This document shows, in pieces, positions 11,729 through 25,912 of a stretch of DNA of 64,000 nucleotides. The notes under the pieces are model-generated. The model saw only the letters and a program-made list of their open reading frames with translations, was not told the origin of the DNA and searched no databases. The first letter of the stretch is position 1. The number at the start of each line of letters is the position of its first letter. The translations under genes and the position numbers were made by a program. The stretch covers positions 118,668,001-118,732,000 of the forward strand of contig OX597820.1 in the NCBI GenBank assembly GCA_951406725.2, in the 5' to 3' direction. The DNA comes from Octopus vulgaris (taxonomy: Eukaryota).

Positions 11729-12259
11729 AACAACAAACAAGATGAGGACAATTGTAAATAATGTAAATAATTGAAGAAAATGCTGTAACTTACAACCCAA
11801 TGCTAGAATGGGCCGAGCCTCAAGAATATAGGAATCTATAGTATCCAGGATGTTGACCTCCAAAGTAAGAACGACTACGTTTTGGTGAAATATATAATAT
11901 ACTTCGAAATATCATATTCTTTATATTTCAAGTTGTGGTGGCGAATTGACGATATCCTCGTGGTAGTCAGGTTAACAAGCATTATGCAAATGATATGACC
12001 CAGTGTGAATTAAGACACATTTTTCTGTATGATAATGATTAAGCGAGTTTCAGCATCACTGCAGCTGGAGAAGAACGATCTCTAAAGGGAAGGCAAGAAA
12101 ATTCGAAGCTGCGCATTCAATTTGATACAGACGCCATGCGGACTGTGAATTTAATTATGTTTCTTGCCTTTCGTTGCCCAATAAATCAACATATGTTTTA
12201 ACGATTCACATACATGTATGTAGACACAAATGGACAACAATATGCATGTGCATGTGTAT

Positions 12260-12645
<386 letters not shown>

Positions 12646-12690
12646 GTCTAGGTAGGTAGGTATTTGTATACAGAGACACACACATATATA

Positions 12691-12751
<61 letters not shown>

Positions 12752-13341
12752 ATATATATATATTCAATGTGTATATATATATATGCAATGTGTATATATA
12801 TATATATTGTTATTCAATATATATATATATATAATATATGAATATATATTTGTATTTGTGTGTGTGTGCGTGTACATGTGTACATATACCTACCGACCTA
12901 CATTCACCCCCCCACACATATATGTATACAAAGTGAAAGAGAGATAGAGAGTTAGGATAGAGGACGACGAAGGAATGAATGTGATAGGGAGAGAGAGAGA
13001 GAGAGAGAGAGAAAGAAAGAGAAGGCAAGAAAGACGACAGCATCTCTCAATGTTTGTCTTTGCTCGGCCACTGTGTACAATATCTTTGCGTCCCAATTAG
13101 CTTCATGAGAGATCGAAGGCATGGTTTCAGGCTCACGGATAAATTAATGCACTGATAGATAATTAAATAACTATGCTAATTATGACATGAGATGCAGAAC
13201 AAAATATAACCAGCAGCAAGCATCTCCTGATTATTAGCCCCTAAACGATATTTGTTGGAACGTATATTAATAGGGAGTTAGACAGGTGGATGGATTATGT
13301 TTGATGCGTCATATAGATAAATAGATAGATAGATAGACAGG

Positions 13342-13401
<60 letters not shown>

Positions 13402-13428
13402 CATGTAGATAGATAGATAGAGATAGAG

Positions 13429-14512
13429 ATGTTTCTTTATTAGCCACACAGGGCTGCACACAGATAGAACAAATTACAAGGTAGAGCTTTTCTTTTGAAG
13501 GTTTAAAAAAAAAAAAAAAAAAAAAAAAAGGAAGGGGGGAGTTTCGATCAAAAGGGATCGTAAAAGGAGAGAAAGAGGACAAAAAAAAGGGGGTTAAAAA
13601 AAGGGGGAGAGGAAAAAAAATTGATCAATAGGGATCGTTATCACAGAAATGTCAATATGAAGTGTAAAGGGGAGGACAGGTGAGGTTTACCCGTGGAAAG
13701 AAAAGCCTACGGAAAAGACCACGGTAACCTCGGTCAATGATGTCACATTTTATATTTCTTTTTTTTTTTTTTGCAAATAAGCAACTCTCTGTTTTCGATT
13801 TCTGGGTTCATAGGACTATGCTCAAGGTGGCTTCGTCATTCATACGCGCCATTCTTGCTACATTCACCCATCTTTTTTTAAAACATTCGCTAGACAAAAC
13901 TTGCCTCTCTACTCTCACTTTCCTTTTCAAGTGGTACTTGAAGAAGTTGATGAGAGATTGACCAGAGAGGAAAGTGTTTGTCTCCAATCCTTTCAGACGC
14001 GTCCACCAGATACATTCTTTCGCCATAGCCACAAGGATGATGAAAATAGCTCTTCCTTCCCGTTTGAAGGAAGGAGGCGTGACAATATTGACGATAGACT
14101 CAGCTGATAAACCGACTCGTCCCACACGTGACAGCAGTTGTTCGACATAAGCCCACAGGTCGGAAATTGTTGGACACTGAACGAGTGCGTGCAGAACGGT
14201 TTCGTCGCTCTGACCGCATCTCGGGCAGGTCGGCCCCGTGTTTCTCGAGCCGTGTCTGTAGAGCTTATCCCGAACGGGTAGCGCTTCTCGGTAGCACTGC
14301 CAGGCCAGGGATCTCTGGAAGTTGTCCATGGGCCCTGGCCCGAAAGTCGTCCTGAACAGGCGGGTCAGGTACTCCTCGTCGACGTCCAGGTTCGCCCCGA
14401 GCTCGTCGTCGTACCTCCCCTCCACTAAACCCCTATAGAATGCTTTGGTTGTGTTGAAGTCACTTAAGGTCGACCCAGGACGGCAGAGTTGCTTGAGAGC
14501 AACGCGACACTC
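13429..14512 (-). mobile_element. 5'-truncated Tx1/L1-clade non-LTR retrotransposon in (GATA)n
   Basis: Coding 3' portion plus 3' UTR ending AATAAAGAAACAT. Apparent ~8-bp TSD AGAGATAG. Confidence 0.85.
13808..14512 (-). CDS. Tx1/L1 ORF2 C-terminal fragment with zf-RVT CCHC motif (5'-truncated, frame open)
   Basis: SLAWQCYREALPVRDKL...CPRCGQSDETVLHALVQCP...KECIWWTR. The frame stays open upstream of the listed ORF (ECRVALKQLCRPG...) up to the truncation point. Confidence 0.8.
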   Translation of the reverse strand, partial: ECRVALKQLCRPGSTLSDFNTTKAFYRGLVEGRYDDELGANLDVDEEYLTRLFRTTFGPGPMDNFQRSLAWQCYREALPVRDKLYRHGSRNTGPTCPRCGQSDETVLHALVQCPTISDLWAYVEQLLSRVGRVGLSAESIVNIVTPPSFKREGRAIFIILVAMAKECIWWTRLKGLETNTFLSGQSLINFFKYHLKRKVRVERQVLSSECFKKRWVNVARMARMNDEATLSIVL

Positions 14513-14523
14513 AGAGATAGATT

Positions 14524-14589
<66 letters not shown>

Positions 14590-14614
14590 CAGGTAGATAG
14601 ATAGAGATAGATTG

Positions 14615-14661
<47 letters not shown>

Positions 14662-14712
14662 AAGATAGATAAATAGATAGATAGATAGAGATAGATTGAT
14701 AGAGAGATAGAT

Positions 14713-14795
<83 letters not shown>

Positions 14796-14835
14796 CAGGT
14801 AGATAGATAGATAGAGATAGATTGATAGAGAGAGA
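14513..14835. repeat. (GATA)n compound microsatellite
   Basis: Direct reading. Recurring variant unit GACAGGTAGATAG...AGAGATAGATTG. Confidence 0.95.
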
Positions 14836-15220
14836 GGTAGATTAAAAACAGAGCAAAATATGATACAAAAGAATTAGATTAACCGAACAGCAAAGAGATT
14901 GAGGACTCTTTCCAGCAGTTGAAAGATACATAAAATATTTATTTATTAATCTTGATACAATTTTGTTTATGTATATTCTTAGTGCTACATTTACTTTGAG
15001 TTGTGAATAACTTTATACACACACACACACAGGTTCATGTATACGGTTAGTGGACAAACGAAAGAATGTGGCACTCAAAACATGTGGTAGGCGTAATAAT
15101 AGTTTGATTCAGCTCCATGTAGCTTTGGGCTTCGTAGGTTCGCCACCAAACGCAGTTATTTCGTTCTGATAAGATAGATTCGTTCGTTGCATGCAGCCAA
15201 GTCGGACTGTTGTTAAATAA

Positions 15221-15387
15221 TAGGCGCAGGAGTGGCTGTGTGGTAAGTAGCTTGCTAACCAACCACATGGTTCCGGGTTCAGTCCCACTGCGTGGCATCT
15301 TGGGCAAGTGTCTTCTGCTATAGCCCCGGGCCGACCAATGCCTTGCGAGTGGATTTGGTAGACGGAAACTGAAAGAAGCCTGTCGTA

Positions 15388-15426
<39 letters not shown>

Positions 15427-15625
15427 CTGTGTTTGTCCCCCTAGCATTGCTTGACAACCGATGCTGGTGTGTTTACGTCCCCGTAACTTAGCGGTTCGGC
15501 AAAGGAGACCGATAGAATAAGTACTGGGCTTACAAAGAATAAGTCCCGGGGTCGATTTGCTCGACTAAAGGTGGTGCTCCAGCATGGCCGTAGTCAAATG
15601 ACTGAAACAAGTAAAAGAGAGTAAT
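15221..15625 (+). mobile_element. SINE family A, full length
   Basis: TAGGCGCAGGAGTGGCTGTGTGG...GAAACAAGTAAAAGAG. Confidence 0.9.
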
Positions 15626-15719
15626 GCATAATGAGAGCGCGGGAGCAAATGACCACACTGGTGAAACAGACGTAGGAACCAAATGATATAAGCTTATGCT
15701 TATCATAATTTCGTGTATA

Positions 15720-15805
<86 letters not shown>

Positions 15806-15901
15806 ATAATAATAATAATAATAATAATGATAATTTGAGGGAATATTATTCCAAACTTACAGGGAAAGTTCAATTTAGAATTGATAAAAGTTTTTTTTCT
15901 A

Positions 15902-15939
<38 letters not shown>

Positions 15940-15940
<1 letters not shown>

Positions 15941-16146
15941 GTTAATCCAAGCATAAAAACACTAAGAGAAAACACAACAACGCGAGGATGTGGAACAAAT
16001 ATAGTGTTATTGGACGCTCAGGAAAGGAAAGAAAGAAGGAGGATTAAACGTTTCAAGCGGAGCTCGTCGTCAGAAACATAGGAAAAGGAAAGATCCAAGG
16101 AAGGGAAGACGGAGAAAGAAAATCGCCAACGATACACGCAGAGTCA
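15940..16146 (-). mobile_element. Short HHR-bearing PLE-type element in (TA)n
   Basis: Homologous to 56528-56730. Minus strand 16043-16077 reads GTTT-CTGACGA-C-GAGC-TCC-GCTT-GAAAC-GTT. Confidence 0.7.
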
Positions 16147-16454
16147 TATATATATATTCTCTAAATAATAATTATAAGCTTGGAACTTATAAGCGATCAC
16201 CGTTCAGTCGCTAAAGAAAAATATTCAGATAATGGAAGCATGCATACCCTCGACTGAGAAACTTTTTTTTGGTACGCATGGGATACGAACCCATATCTCT
16301 TATATTGGAGATAATTGTGCTAATCGATTACACCAACTTACTTTCCGTTAGATTTAAGAACAATAATTTGATTAGGTTTCTTTTTAAGGAAACAAACATC
16401 TTCATTTTCTGCGTTAACAAAGCAGTGAAAACTGAAAATTCCTGTAAATAATAA

Positions 16455-16802
<348 letters not shown>

Positions 16803-16851
16803 TTACTACTACTACTACTACTCAGCATTGACTGAAGAAAGTCTGATATTG

Positions 16852-17225
16852 GAGTTAGTTAATTTTTTGGCTCAAAAAGAAAAAAGCAAGGCCATGTAGG
16901 GGGACATGGAGTTATGTACAGGGTGGTGATTATGTAAAGTGTTCAGGCCACTTGTATTCAAGGGAGACTTTGAATCGAGCGGTCGTCGGCATCTTCACCA
17001 TCTCGTCTGGCAGCTTATTCCACGGATCCGCAATCCGGACGGAGAAAGCCCCTCTCCTTCGATTGAGATGAAATCGTCGCAGATAGAGCTTTTCGGAATG
17101 ACCCCACAGCCGACGCTCTGGAGCAGGAGTGAAGAATAGCTCCTTCGAGAGGTTACACTTTCCGCTTATGATGTTCTGAGCAAGAATGAGATCAGCACGG
17201 AGTATATGAGCCCGCGTATCCATGA
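16852..17225 (-). mobile_element. CR1-clade LINE 3' end
   Basis: LRADLI...WGHSEKL...RRRGAFSVRIADPWNKLP matches the CR1 ORF2 C-terminus. Short 3' UTR ends in (TAAC)n. Confidence 0.8.
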
Positions 17226-17351
17226 GGTGTGGGTACGCTTGCCATATTTACAAAAACTCTACTTTTTTCTGTCGAGGGTTTATATGTTCAAATACAGAAA
17301 CACACACACACGCGCGCGCACACACGCATACACACACAGACAGACATGTGC

Positions 17352-17402
<51 letters not shown>

Positions 17403-17599
17403 TGTGTATGTATGTAAGGCCGACAATATATACTTTGGTAGACACAACGTTATGAACTTGAGTCTCAGACTTCTTGCTGTGTTGTTTTGAGCTATTTATT
17501 CCGTATTGTTTGTGGTTTTACTATCAATTCGTCGGTCTCAAGGGATTTCCTCTAAACGCCGCTTTTATGTTTCAACTTCGGTCTACATTTAAGAGAGTT

Positions 17600-18230
17600 C
17601 TATATCATTTGTACCCCAAAAATCCTACCGAATATCTTCCCATTGCTCCACTGATAATTGTTCCTGTCAACGAATATTTAACCCAATTGGCTAATCTTGT
17701 TTTGTAAGATTTACACATCTACAGTCATCTTTATATGTCAAAATTTACGATCAACAATTACGATGGGATTAAATCGTGGTCAACCTTAGGTAACCCTACC
17801 TTCTGGTCTACAGAATGGTCTATCTAGGTACAACCGGGGAGACTAAGTGCAGTTTGCTCATGTCCAGATTGGAGAAGTCGAGTCGGTTCTATGCAAATAG
17901 TTGGAAACGTCTCACCATATTTGCGAAGATTTTCCCTCTCCCAATTCATCGCTAAATCTACGCAGTCCCATCGCGTATGCATGATGTCACTCCAATCTCT
18001 TTCGCTTAAGAGCAGGACGTCGCCAAGAAAGACCCTAGACACTTAAAGATCGCCCCACTGTTGTTGGAGGATAGATGCGAAAGGGTCAGATCATACGTAG
18101 ACTTTAAAAGCTTCGATGTTCACTCTTCATCTCAGAAGTTAAACAATAATTGGGGAACAACACAGCAACTTCCATTTCCCAACCGGGTCGACTTAGTTCT
18201 TCGTACATCGCCCCTCGGCTTACTCTGGAC
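17600..18230 (-). pseudogene. Highly decayed Tx1/L1 AP-endonuclease region
   Basis: Fragments DPVGK..., RVFLGDVLLLSERDWSDIMHTRWDCV (cf. L.GDFNA.LD...D), plus a downstream WKLN-like motif. Many disruptions. Confidence 0.45.
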
Positions 18231-18679
18231 TCGACATCTATGTCTGGTTACTACATCTATGTCCATTAAAAAGATAAACAGCAACAACAACAGCATCAGT
18301 ATTAGTGGCAATCATAAAAAGGGGCCTGCTGCACGTGTTGAAGCCTCGGTTTTTCTCAATTTGTTCTCTTCCTTATATCGCTACTTGGAAATAACGGACA
18401 CTATTCCTCAAAATATTATTTTTATTTGAATAAAATTTGAAAATTTAAAATTAGTTTCTTGATAAGTTATTCCAGCAAGAAAGGCCAATAAAAACATTAA
18501 AATAATAAAACATGATGGTCACGGTTGGAGCAGCTAGGCACAGGCCTGCTTTGTGTTAACGTTGGGCTTAACTCTACCAAAATAACTTCCATAAATACAG
18601 TCTTCTAAGAGTCTATAGTTTTATTAGATCAGTCCTACATCAACAGCAGCAGCAACAACAACAACAACAACAACAACTG

Positions 18680-18755
<76 letters not shown>

Positions 18756-19051
18756 CCCCCACCACCACCACTGCATTCACTTCACCATCTCCATAAAAGA
18801 GCTCTATACAAATCATGATTTGAGTAAGATTAATAATCTTACCAAATCTTTTATTACATTTATCTATTTTTATTGATTTTGTTCAGCAGTCTTTTTTTAT
18901 ATTTGATAAAACTTTTTTTTCTTTTTTATATTTTCTTTCAATTAAATCGTTAAAACCATGTTTTGTTAGGTTTATTAATCCTAGCGTTTGCTTCGGACGT
19001 GAAGAAGTAAGATGGCAGATTAAAAGACAAAAATAATGTCTGCATATATAC

Positions 19052-19129
<78 letters not shown>

Positions 19130-19720
19130 CATGCATGCGTAAATACATAAATGTATATGCAAAGTTATATAAATGAAAAATAGAAAAAAAACAAATGATA
19201 AAGAACTACTATAAGAAGTAAAAAAAATTTACCAAAACAAAAATACATATTTTACAAAAACAAGAACAACCGCGTGCATACAACAACGAAAGCAACAACA
19301 ACAACAACAACAACGAAAAGAAAATATAAATAAATTACTTTTCAACAAAATCTACAAGGAGAAAACACATGAAGAAAACAAAACAGTTAAAAAAAAAAAT
19401 AAATATTCAAAAAACATACAAAGCAACTGTCTCGAAGAAAAAAAAAGCAGTAATAACAACAACATTCACTATCATCATCATCATCATCATTACCACCTCC
19501 ACCACCACCGCCGTCATCATCATCATCATCATCATCGTTATCATCATCTCCTAATCATTATAAATAATAAAATTTTGAAGAAAATGTAGTAATAAAATAT
19601 TTGATTCTCACTAATTATAATCAATAAATACCAAGACAATTTCGAAATGGAGAAATATAATAAAAAATTTTATAGATTCGCAATATATATATGTATATAT
19701 ATATACATATATATATAAAC

Positions 19721-19797
<77 letters not shown>

Positions 19798-19975
19798 TAT
19801 ATATATATATATGATATGGCTGTGCGGGTAGGAGGGTAGGATGTTCGGTACAAAACCGTGTGCTTTCTGTTCAATCCTTTTCTACGACACTTTCTGCAAG
19901 TGCATTGTATACGATAGCCCGTTGCCGAATACAGCCTTGTACATGAATATAATTTATGATAAACATATATATGTA

Positions 19976-21180
19976 TTGGGTCATCCCATAGATAACGCTA
20001 TTTTTAATTGATACCACTATTTTTCAAATGTAAGATAAACAAAGTTCTTTTTTTAATCTAAAAATATACTCTTCCTCATTTTCTACAATGCTCTTCCTTC
20101 TATCTGGTAGACTTGCAGGGGGCCTCTTCCAAAATTCTCTTGTCCTTCAGTACTGTTCTGACCTCGTCTACAGAATTCATATTTTTCCCGTCCAAATGAT
20201 TTTGAAGACTGCAGAATAAATGATAATCAGATGGGGCAATGTCTAGTGAATATGGTGAGCGGAGCTTCGTTTCCCATTCAAATTGCTCCATCCTTTGGAA
20301 TGTCATCCTTGCTGTATGTGACCGAGCATTATCTTGATTGAAGAACATCTAGCGCTGACGTAAGCCGCTCAAGCTGATCGCAGTAGATCTTTGCTATGAT
20401 TTGGTTTTGGTTTAAAAGTTGAAAGTGGACTAAACATCTTGTGTGGGGAAGACCTTTTTTAGCCTGTGGTGCGAGTGTTCTCCTTTCCCTACCCACTGTT
20501 TTCGGCGCCTCACATTTTTAATAAAGGACCCACTTTTCCTCACCACTCATTATTCGGTCAAAAAAAGGGTTCACTCGTGAGACATGACAGCAAAGAAGAG
20601 CACACATTCACTCTTTGCGCGCGATTTGACCTGGAATATTTGTGAGGAACCCATTGGCCCAATTTGCTGACATTTCCGATTGCATGCAGGTGTCGATGGA
20701 TGGTCTTTGACTAAATCCAAACTTCTCTGCTAGTTCCTCAACAGTTATGATACGGTTTTGTACCACCAGGTTTTGCAGGACTGCATCGTCGAGCTCTACA
20801 GATCTTTCATGACGAGGCTTGTCTTCTAGGCAGTAGTTTTTCCGACTCAGAATTTCTGGAAGCGCCGTTGACATTGGCTTACACTTATTGTCCGATTCCC
20901 ATATACTGCATGAATATTCCTCGCACTTTCCGTTGCGTTGTTGCCTTTATTGAACTCCTACAGCAAAATATGCCGAATGTGCTCCTTTGTCACTTCCATT
21001 ATAGCTTTGAAAGAAATAACTGTTATAATCGAACTGAACTCTTCAAAACTTGCACTAAGAACGATATCAATGTAAAATAACTACCTCATTTTATAGCAAG
21101 TTGATACAGGTGGTTTGCCCGCTTCCCTCCGAATTTTAGTTCATGCAATTAAAAAAACCCATTGATTATGGCACGACACA
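19976..21180 (-). mobile_element. Mariner (Tc1/mariner, DD34D-type) DNA transposon, decayed
   Basis: Imperfect TIRs TTGGGTCATCCCATA...AATTG / TTGTGTCGTGCCATA...AATTG with TA flanks. Encloses a transposase pseudogene. Confidence 0.85.
20055..20999 (-). pseudogene. Mariner transposase pseudogene
   Basis: MEVTKEHIRHILL*EFNKGNNATESARNI...; QDNARSHTA...SPYSLDIAPSDYHLFCSLQNHLDGK. Stops and frameshifts. Confidence 0.85.
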
Positions 21181-21263
21181 ATATATAACTATGTACGTAT
21201 GTATGCATGTTTATATGTATGTATATATGTATGTATGCATGTATGTACGTACGTATGTATACA

Positions 21264-21640
21264 TAGGCGTAGGAGTGGCTGTGTGGTAAGTAGCTTGCTT
21301 ACGAACCACATGGTTCCGGGTTCAGTCCAACTGCGTGGCACCTTGGGCAAGTGTCTTCTACTATAGCCTCGGGCTGACTGAAGTCTTGTGAGTCGATTTG
21401 GTAGACGGAAACTGAAAGAATCCCGTCGTATATATATATGTATATATGTTTGTGTGTCTGTGTTTGTCCTCCCAACATCTCTTGACAACTGATCGTGGTG
21501 TGTTTACGCCCCTGTGACATAGCGGTTCGGCAAAAGAGACCGATAAAATAAGTACTTGGCTTACAAAGATTTGCTCGACTATTGGCGGTGCTCCAGCATG
21601 GCCGCACTCAAATGACTGAAACAAGTAAAAGAGTAAAAGC
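21264..21640 (+). mobile_element. SINE family A
   Basis: Full head-to-tail similarity to other family A copies. Confidence 0.85.
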
Positions 21641-21929
21641 GTATGCGTACATGTATTTATGCTTTTAATTATCTAAATTGTTTGGTGTAGATCGAAAAAC
21701 AATGTCACATTATAAACTTTAGATAAATCTTGCATAATTTATTTGTTCCACTTACCAATTGCATTTGTAACTTGCGTATTAGCTAGCTGGTTTCATTTCA
21801 TGAAAAACCGAGCTTTGCATTCGCATCTCAAATCCCAAGTTCACCCATACATACAATACATAAATATGCCTCAGAGTACATACATAAAATAAAATGTACA
21901 AATCTGCATTTGCGCTCACTCCAAATCTT

Positions 21930-22133
21930 TTCTACTCTAGGCACAACGCCCTAAATTTTGGGGGACGGGGCAAGTCGATTAGATCGACCTCAGTACGCAA
22001 CAAGTACTTAATTTATCGACTCCTAAAGCATGAAAGGCAAAGTCGATCTCGGCGGAATTTGAACTCAGAACGGTAGACGAAATACCGCTAAACATTTCGC
22101 CCGGCGTGCTAAAGTTTCTGCCAGCTCGCCGCA
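21930..22133 (-). mobile_element. SINE family B
   Basis: Reverse complement of GCGGCGAGCTGGCAGAAAC... Confidence 0.8.
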
Positions 22134-22399
22134 TTATAGTGATAAAAATAATGATATTAGTGATGTGTGTGGTACGGGAAGTGATGTGGGTGTTAGGATA
22201 TATGCATTAAACCACATGCTAGTCAGCAGAAGTATTCCCGTGACCTTAGAATGTGATATGCGGAGACAGAAAAAGGAAAAAGAAAGCAAAAAGTGGGGTA
22301 CAACTAAGCGGGTAGGTGTGCCCTTAAGAGATAAATCTTTAATTCAGAAATCTTGAATTCAGTATTTAACTGAAAAGTGGACGAGAAATTTATAGAATA

Positions 22400-22783
22400 C
22401 TAGCAGTATCGCCCGGTTTGTAAAGGAAATAACTATATAAGCATTTTTAGGTATGTAAAGTATAATAGCCATCTCAATATGACTAACCACAAAGGGGGGG
22501 TGTTACTGTAGCTTTTTACGTTCTGAGATTTAATAATAAATTTTTAGAGAGTTACTTCCCTTATATATGTCAAAAATGCATTAAAAATGGGAAAAATTGA
22601 TGGTAATTTTTTTTTAAATCGTAGACTCATCGTAGACGCGCGCTAATACCCAGAAGGGCTCGATATGAATCACGACTATAAGTTACCCGGTTTTGGTTAA
22701 ACTGCACCGCAAAATGTGGGAGTAGTTAGGAATCTAAATCGTAGGAGACAGACAGCACACAATTTCACTTTTATATATAAAGA
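22400..22783 (-). mobile_element. Non-autonomous Helitron
   Basis: Minus strand starts A|TCTTTATATATAAAAG and ends CCGGGCGATACTGCTAG|T: 5' TC, 3' CTAG, A/T target, no TSD. The subterminal hairpin is partly lost. Confidence 0.7.
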
Positions 22784-23067
22784 TGTTAGTTTTGAACGAA
22801 TGTAGCTTAGGTGACTTGAAGATAAACTAAAGAATATGGAGAAAAATATATCTAACATTTATAATTTCAGTATTCCCAAGAATACTAGTATGGTTACAAG
22901 AGAGCGTCGTGTAATAAGTGGAGGATAAGTAATGTAGTAAAAGAGGATTAAAAAAGGGAACCGCCAAAAAATGGGATTAGGGGAAAATATATAAGTTTAG
23001 AAATTATGGATACGAGTTTGAATGAGAGGAAATAAAATGTATGTATTTATTTATGTATGTATGTATG

Positions 23068-23101
<34 letters not shown>

Positions 23102-23208
23102 TGTATGTATGTATGTACATATGCATGTGTGTATGTATGTATGTATGTATGTATGTATGTATATATGTATGTATGTATGTTTGTATGTATGTATGCATGT
23201 GTGTATGT

Positions 23209-23379
23209 AGGTGCTTGGCTGTGTTGTAAGAAGCTTGCGTCCCCGCCTCATAATCCCGAGTTCAGTCCCACTGGCTGCCACCATGTTTAGGTGTTTTCTA
23301 TTAAAGCCGAGCAAAACCTTATGAGTGGATATGGTAGAGGGAAACAGAAAGAATCCTGTTATATCTATCTGTCTTTCAG

Positions 23380-23468
<89 letters not shown>

Positions 23469-23670
23469 TGATTGATTTATTTATGTCTGAGTTCGTGTCT
23501 GTATACCTTTGTGTATTTGTCCATCACAGACGCTCGACGACCGCTGTTGGTTAAGTTGTGTCTCTGTGACTTAGCGGATCGGCAAAAGAGCTCAATAGAA
23601 CAGTTACCAGGGTTAAAAGCATCCTGGTCTAAAATATTCATTATGGCCGCTGACAAATGACAGAAAGACG
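23209..23670 (+). mobile_element. SINE family A-related, old diverged copy with internal (TCTA)n
   Basis: TGGCTGTGTTG...GAGTTCAGTCCC; GACTTAGCGG; ATGGCCGC. Confidence 0.6.
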
Positions 23671-23677
23671 TATAAGC

Positions 23678-23709
<32 letters not shown>

Positions 23710-24029
23710 TGATCAAAATAAAAATAAAAACATGAGGCAAAGGATTCAGCGGTACATATGTTTCGGGCCTTTATTAGACAGATTTATAACAAAGCATAAT
23801 GTGTGTCTGTGGCCTTCTTCAGCCGCGCACAACAGCTTCCACAAGGACATGTGTTACATCAAAAATTCTTGGTTGGGGATGCAAATCCTCTCGTTCACGT
23901 ACGACATAATGCGGCAGCAGCATAGAATTGAAGCGTCCATCTCTTTCTTCTCTCAATGTAGAATGAAGCGTCCATCTCTTTCTTCTCTCAATATATATAT
24001 ATATATATAAATATATATATATACATACA

Positions 24030-24245
24030 CATATGTGTGTCTGGGTGTGTGTGTCTGTTTTTCCTTCCACCATCACGTAACAACTGATGCTGGTGCGTTT
24101 ACGTCTCCGTAACTTAGCCGTTCGGCAAAAGTGACCGATTTTATAAGTACTAAGCTTACAAAGAGGTCCAGGGGTCAGTTTGTTCGACTAAATGCGGTGC
24201 TCCAGCACGGCCGCACTCAACATGACTGCAACAAGTAAAAGAGAG
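24030..24245 (+). mobile_element. SINE family A, 3' half
   Basis: Tail GCGGTGCTCCAGCACGGCCGCA...CAAGTAAAAGAG. Confidence 0.7.
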
Positions 24246-24497
24246 TGTGCGCGTGTATGCAAGTGTGCATTTATTGGCGTATGTAAGGATTTCTACAGCC
24301 ATACATATATTCATATAAAAGAATAGGCAGGTGGTCTTAGATGAATGAATATTCATGTGTTGAATCTATGAATATGTGTAGGCTGGTATATATGATATAT
24401 GCACCGTAGCATGCGCCTATTAGGGATGTTTGTGCGAACGCGTAAGTGTGCATATACATACATCATACATCTTTGCATGGAATTGCAGTTACTTACC

Positions 24498-24499
<2 letters not shown>

Positions 24500-24539
<40 letters not shown>

Positions 24540-24575
24540 AAAACATATATGAATACATGCATATATGTATATATG

Positions 24576-24611
<36 letters not shown>

Positions 24612-24840
24612 TACATATATGTATATATACATATATGTATACATATATATACATATATGTATACATATATATACATATATGTATATATACATATATGTAT
24701 ATATGTATATACATATATATATATACATATATGTATATATACATATATATATATGCATACATATTTATATATATATAGACATTTATATATATATATATGT
24801 GTGTGTGTGTGAGTGTATGTATACATATATACATATATGC

Positions 24841-24889
<49 letters not shown>

Positions 24890-25003
24890 AAATATATATA
24901 TAATATATTTATATATATACATATATATATATATGCATATATGTATATATGTATACATACATACACTCACACACACACACAAATATATATGTATATGTAT
25001 ATG

Positions 25004-25035
<32 letters not shown>

Positions 25036-25424
25036 TACCTTTGACTCTCTCCCAGTATCTCGGCTTCGCACGTATACACGCTCACTCGCTCGCCCCCATG
25101 AATGTGTGTGTATGTATACGTGTATATGTATGTAAAGCCGTATTGATATATACAAATCGTATACGCCTATATGCACATATCATTTTATTCGTTTTACATC
25201 AATATTCGTAAAAATATCTACACTTATTTTTCGCACATAAAAACTCGCAAATTCATTTACACATACATACACACATATAGAGAAAAAGCTGATATATACA
25301 AGGAATGCATTCATAAGAATGATAACCCCCGACTCCATCCCGTTCCGCATCCCACTCGCTTTTTATACATACATACATACATACATACATACATACATAC
25401 ATACCTACATACATACATACCTAC

Positions 25425-25517
<93 letters not shown>

Positions 25518-25534
25518 CATGTAGTTATATATAC

Positions 25535-25571
<37 letters not shown>

Positions 25572-25700
25572 GTATGCATGTAGCTATATACATAATTCAT
25601 ATCCACACACACATATATGTACATCGTACAAAAAGAAAAAAGTATAGTAACAAGAACAACAGTATTAATAATAATAATAATAATGATAATAATAATAATG

Positions 25701-25748
<48 letters not shown>

Positions 25749-25912
25749 TTGATATTGATAATAATAATAATAATGATAATAATAATATTGATATTGATAA
25801 TAATAATAATAATAATAATAATAATATTGATGATAATAATAATAATGATAATAATAATAATAATAATAATATTGATATTGATAATAATAATAATGATAAT
25901 AGTGATAATAAT
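24500..25912. repeat. Compound (TA)/(CATA)/(AAT) microsatellite field
   Basis: Direct reading. Confidence 0.9.
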
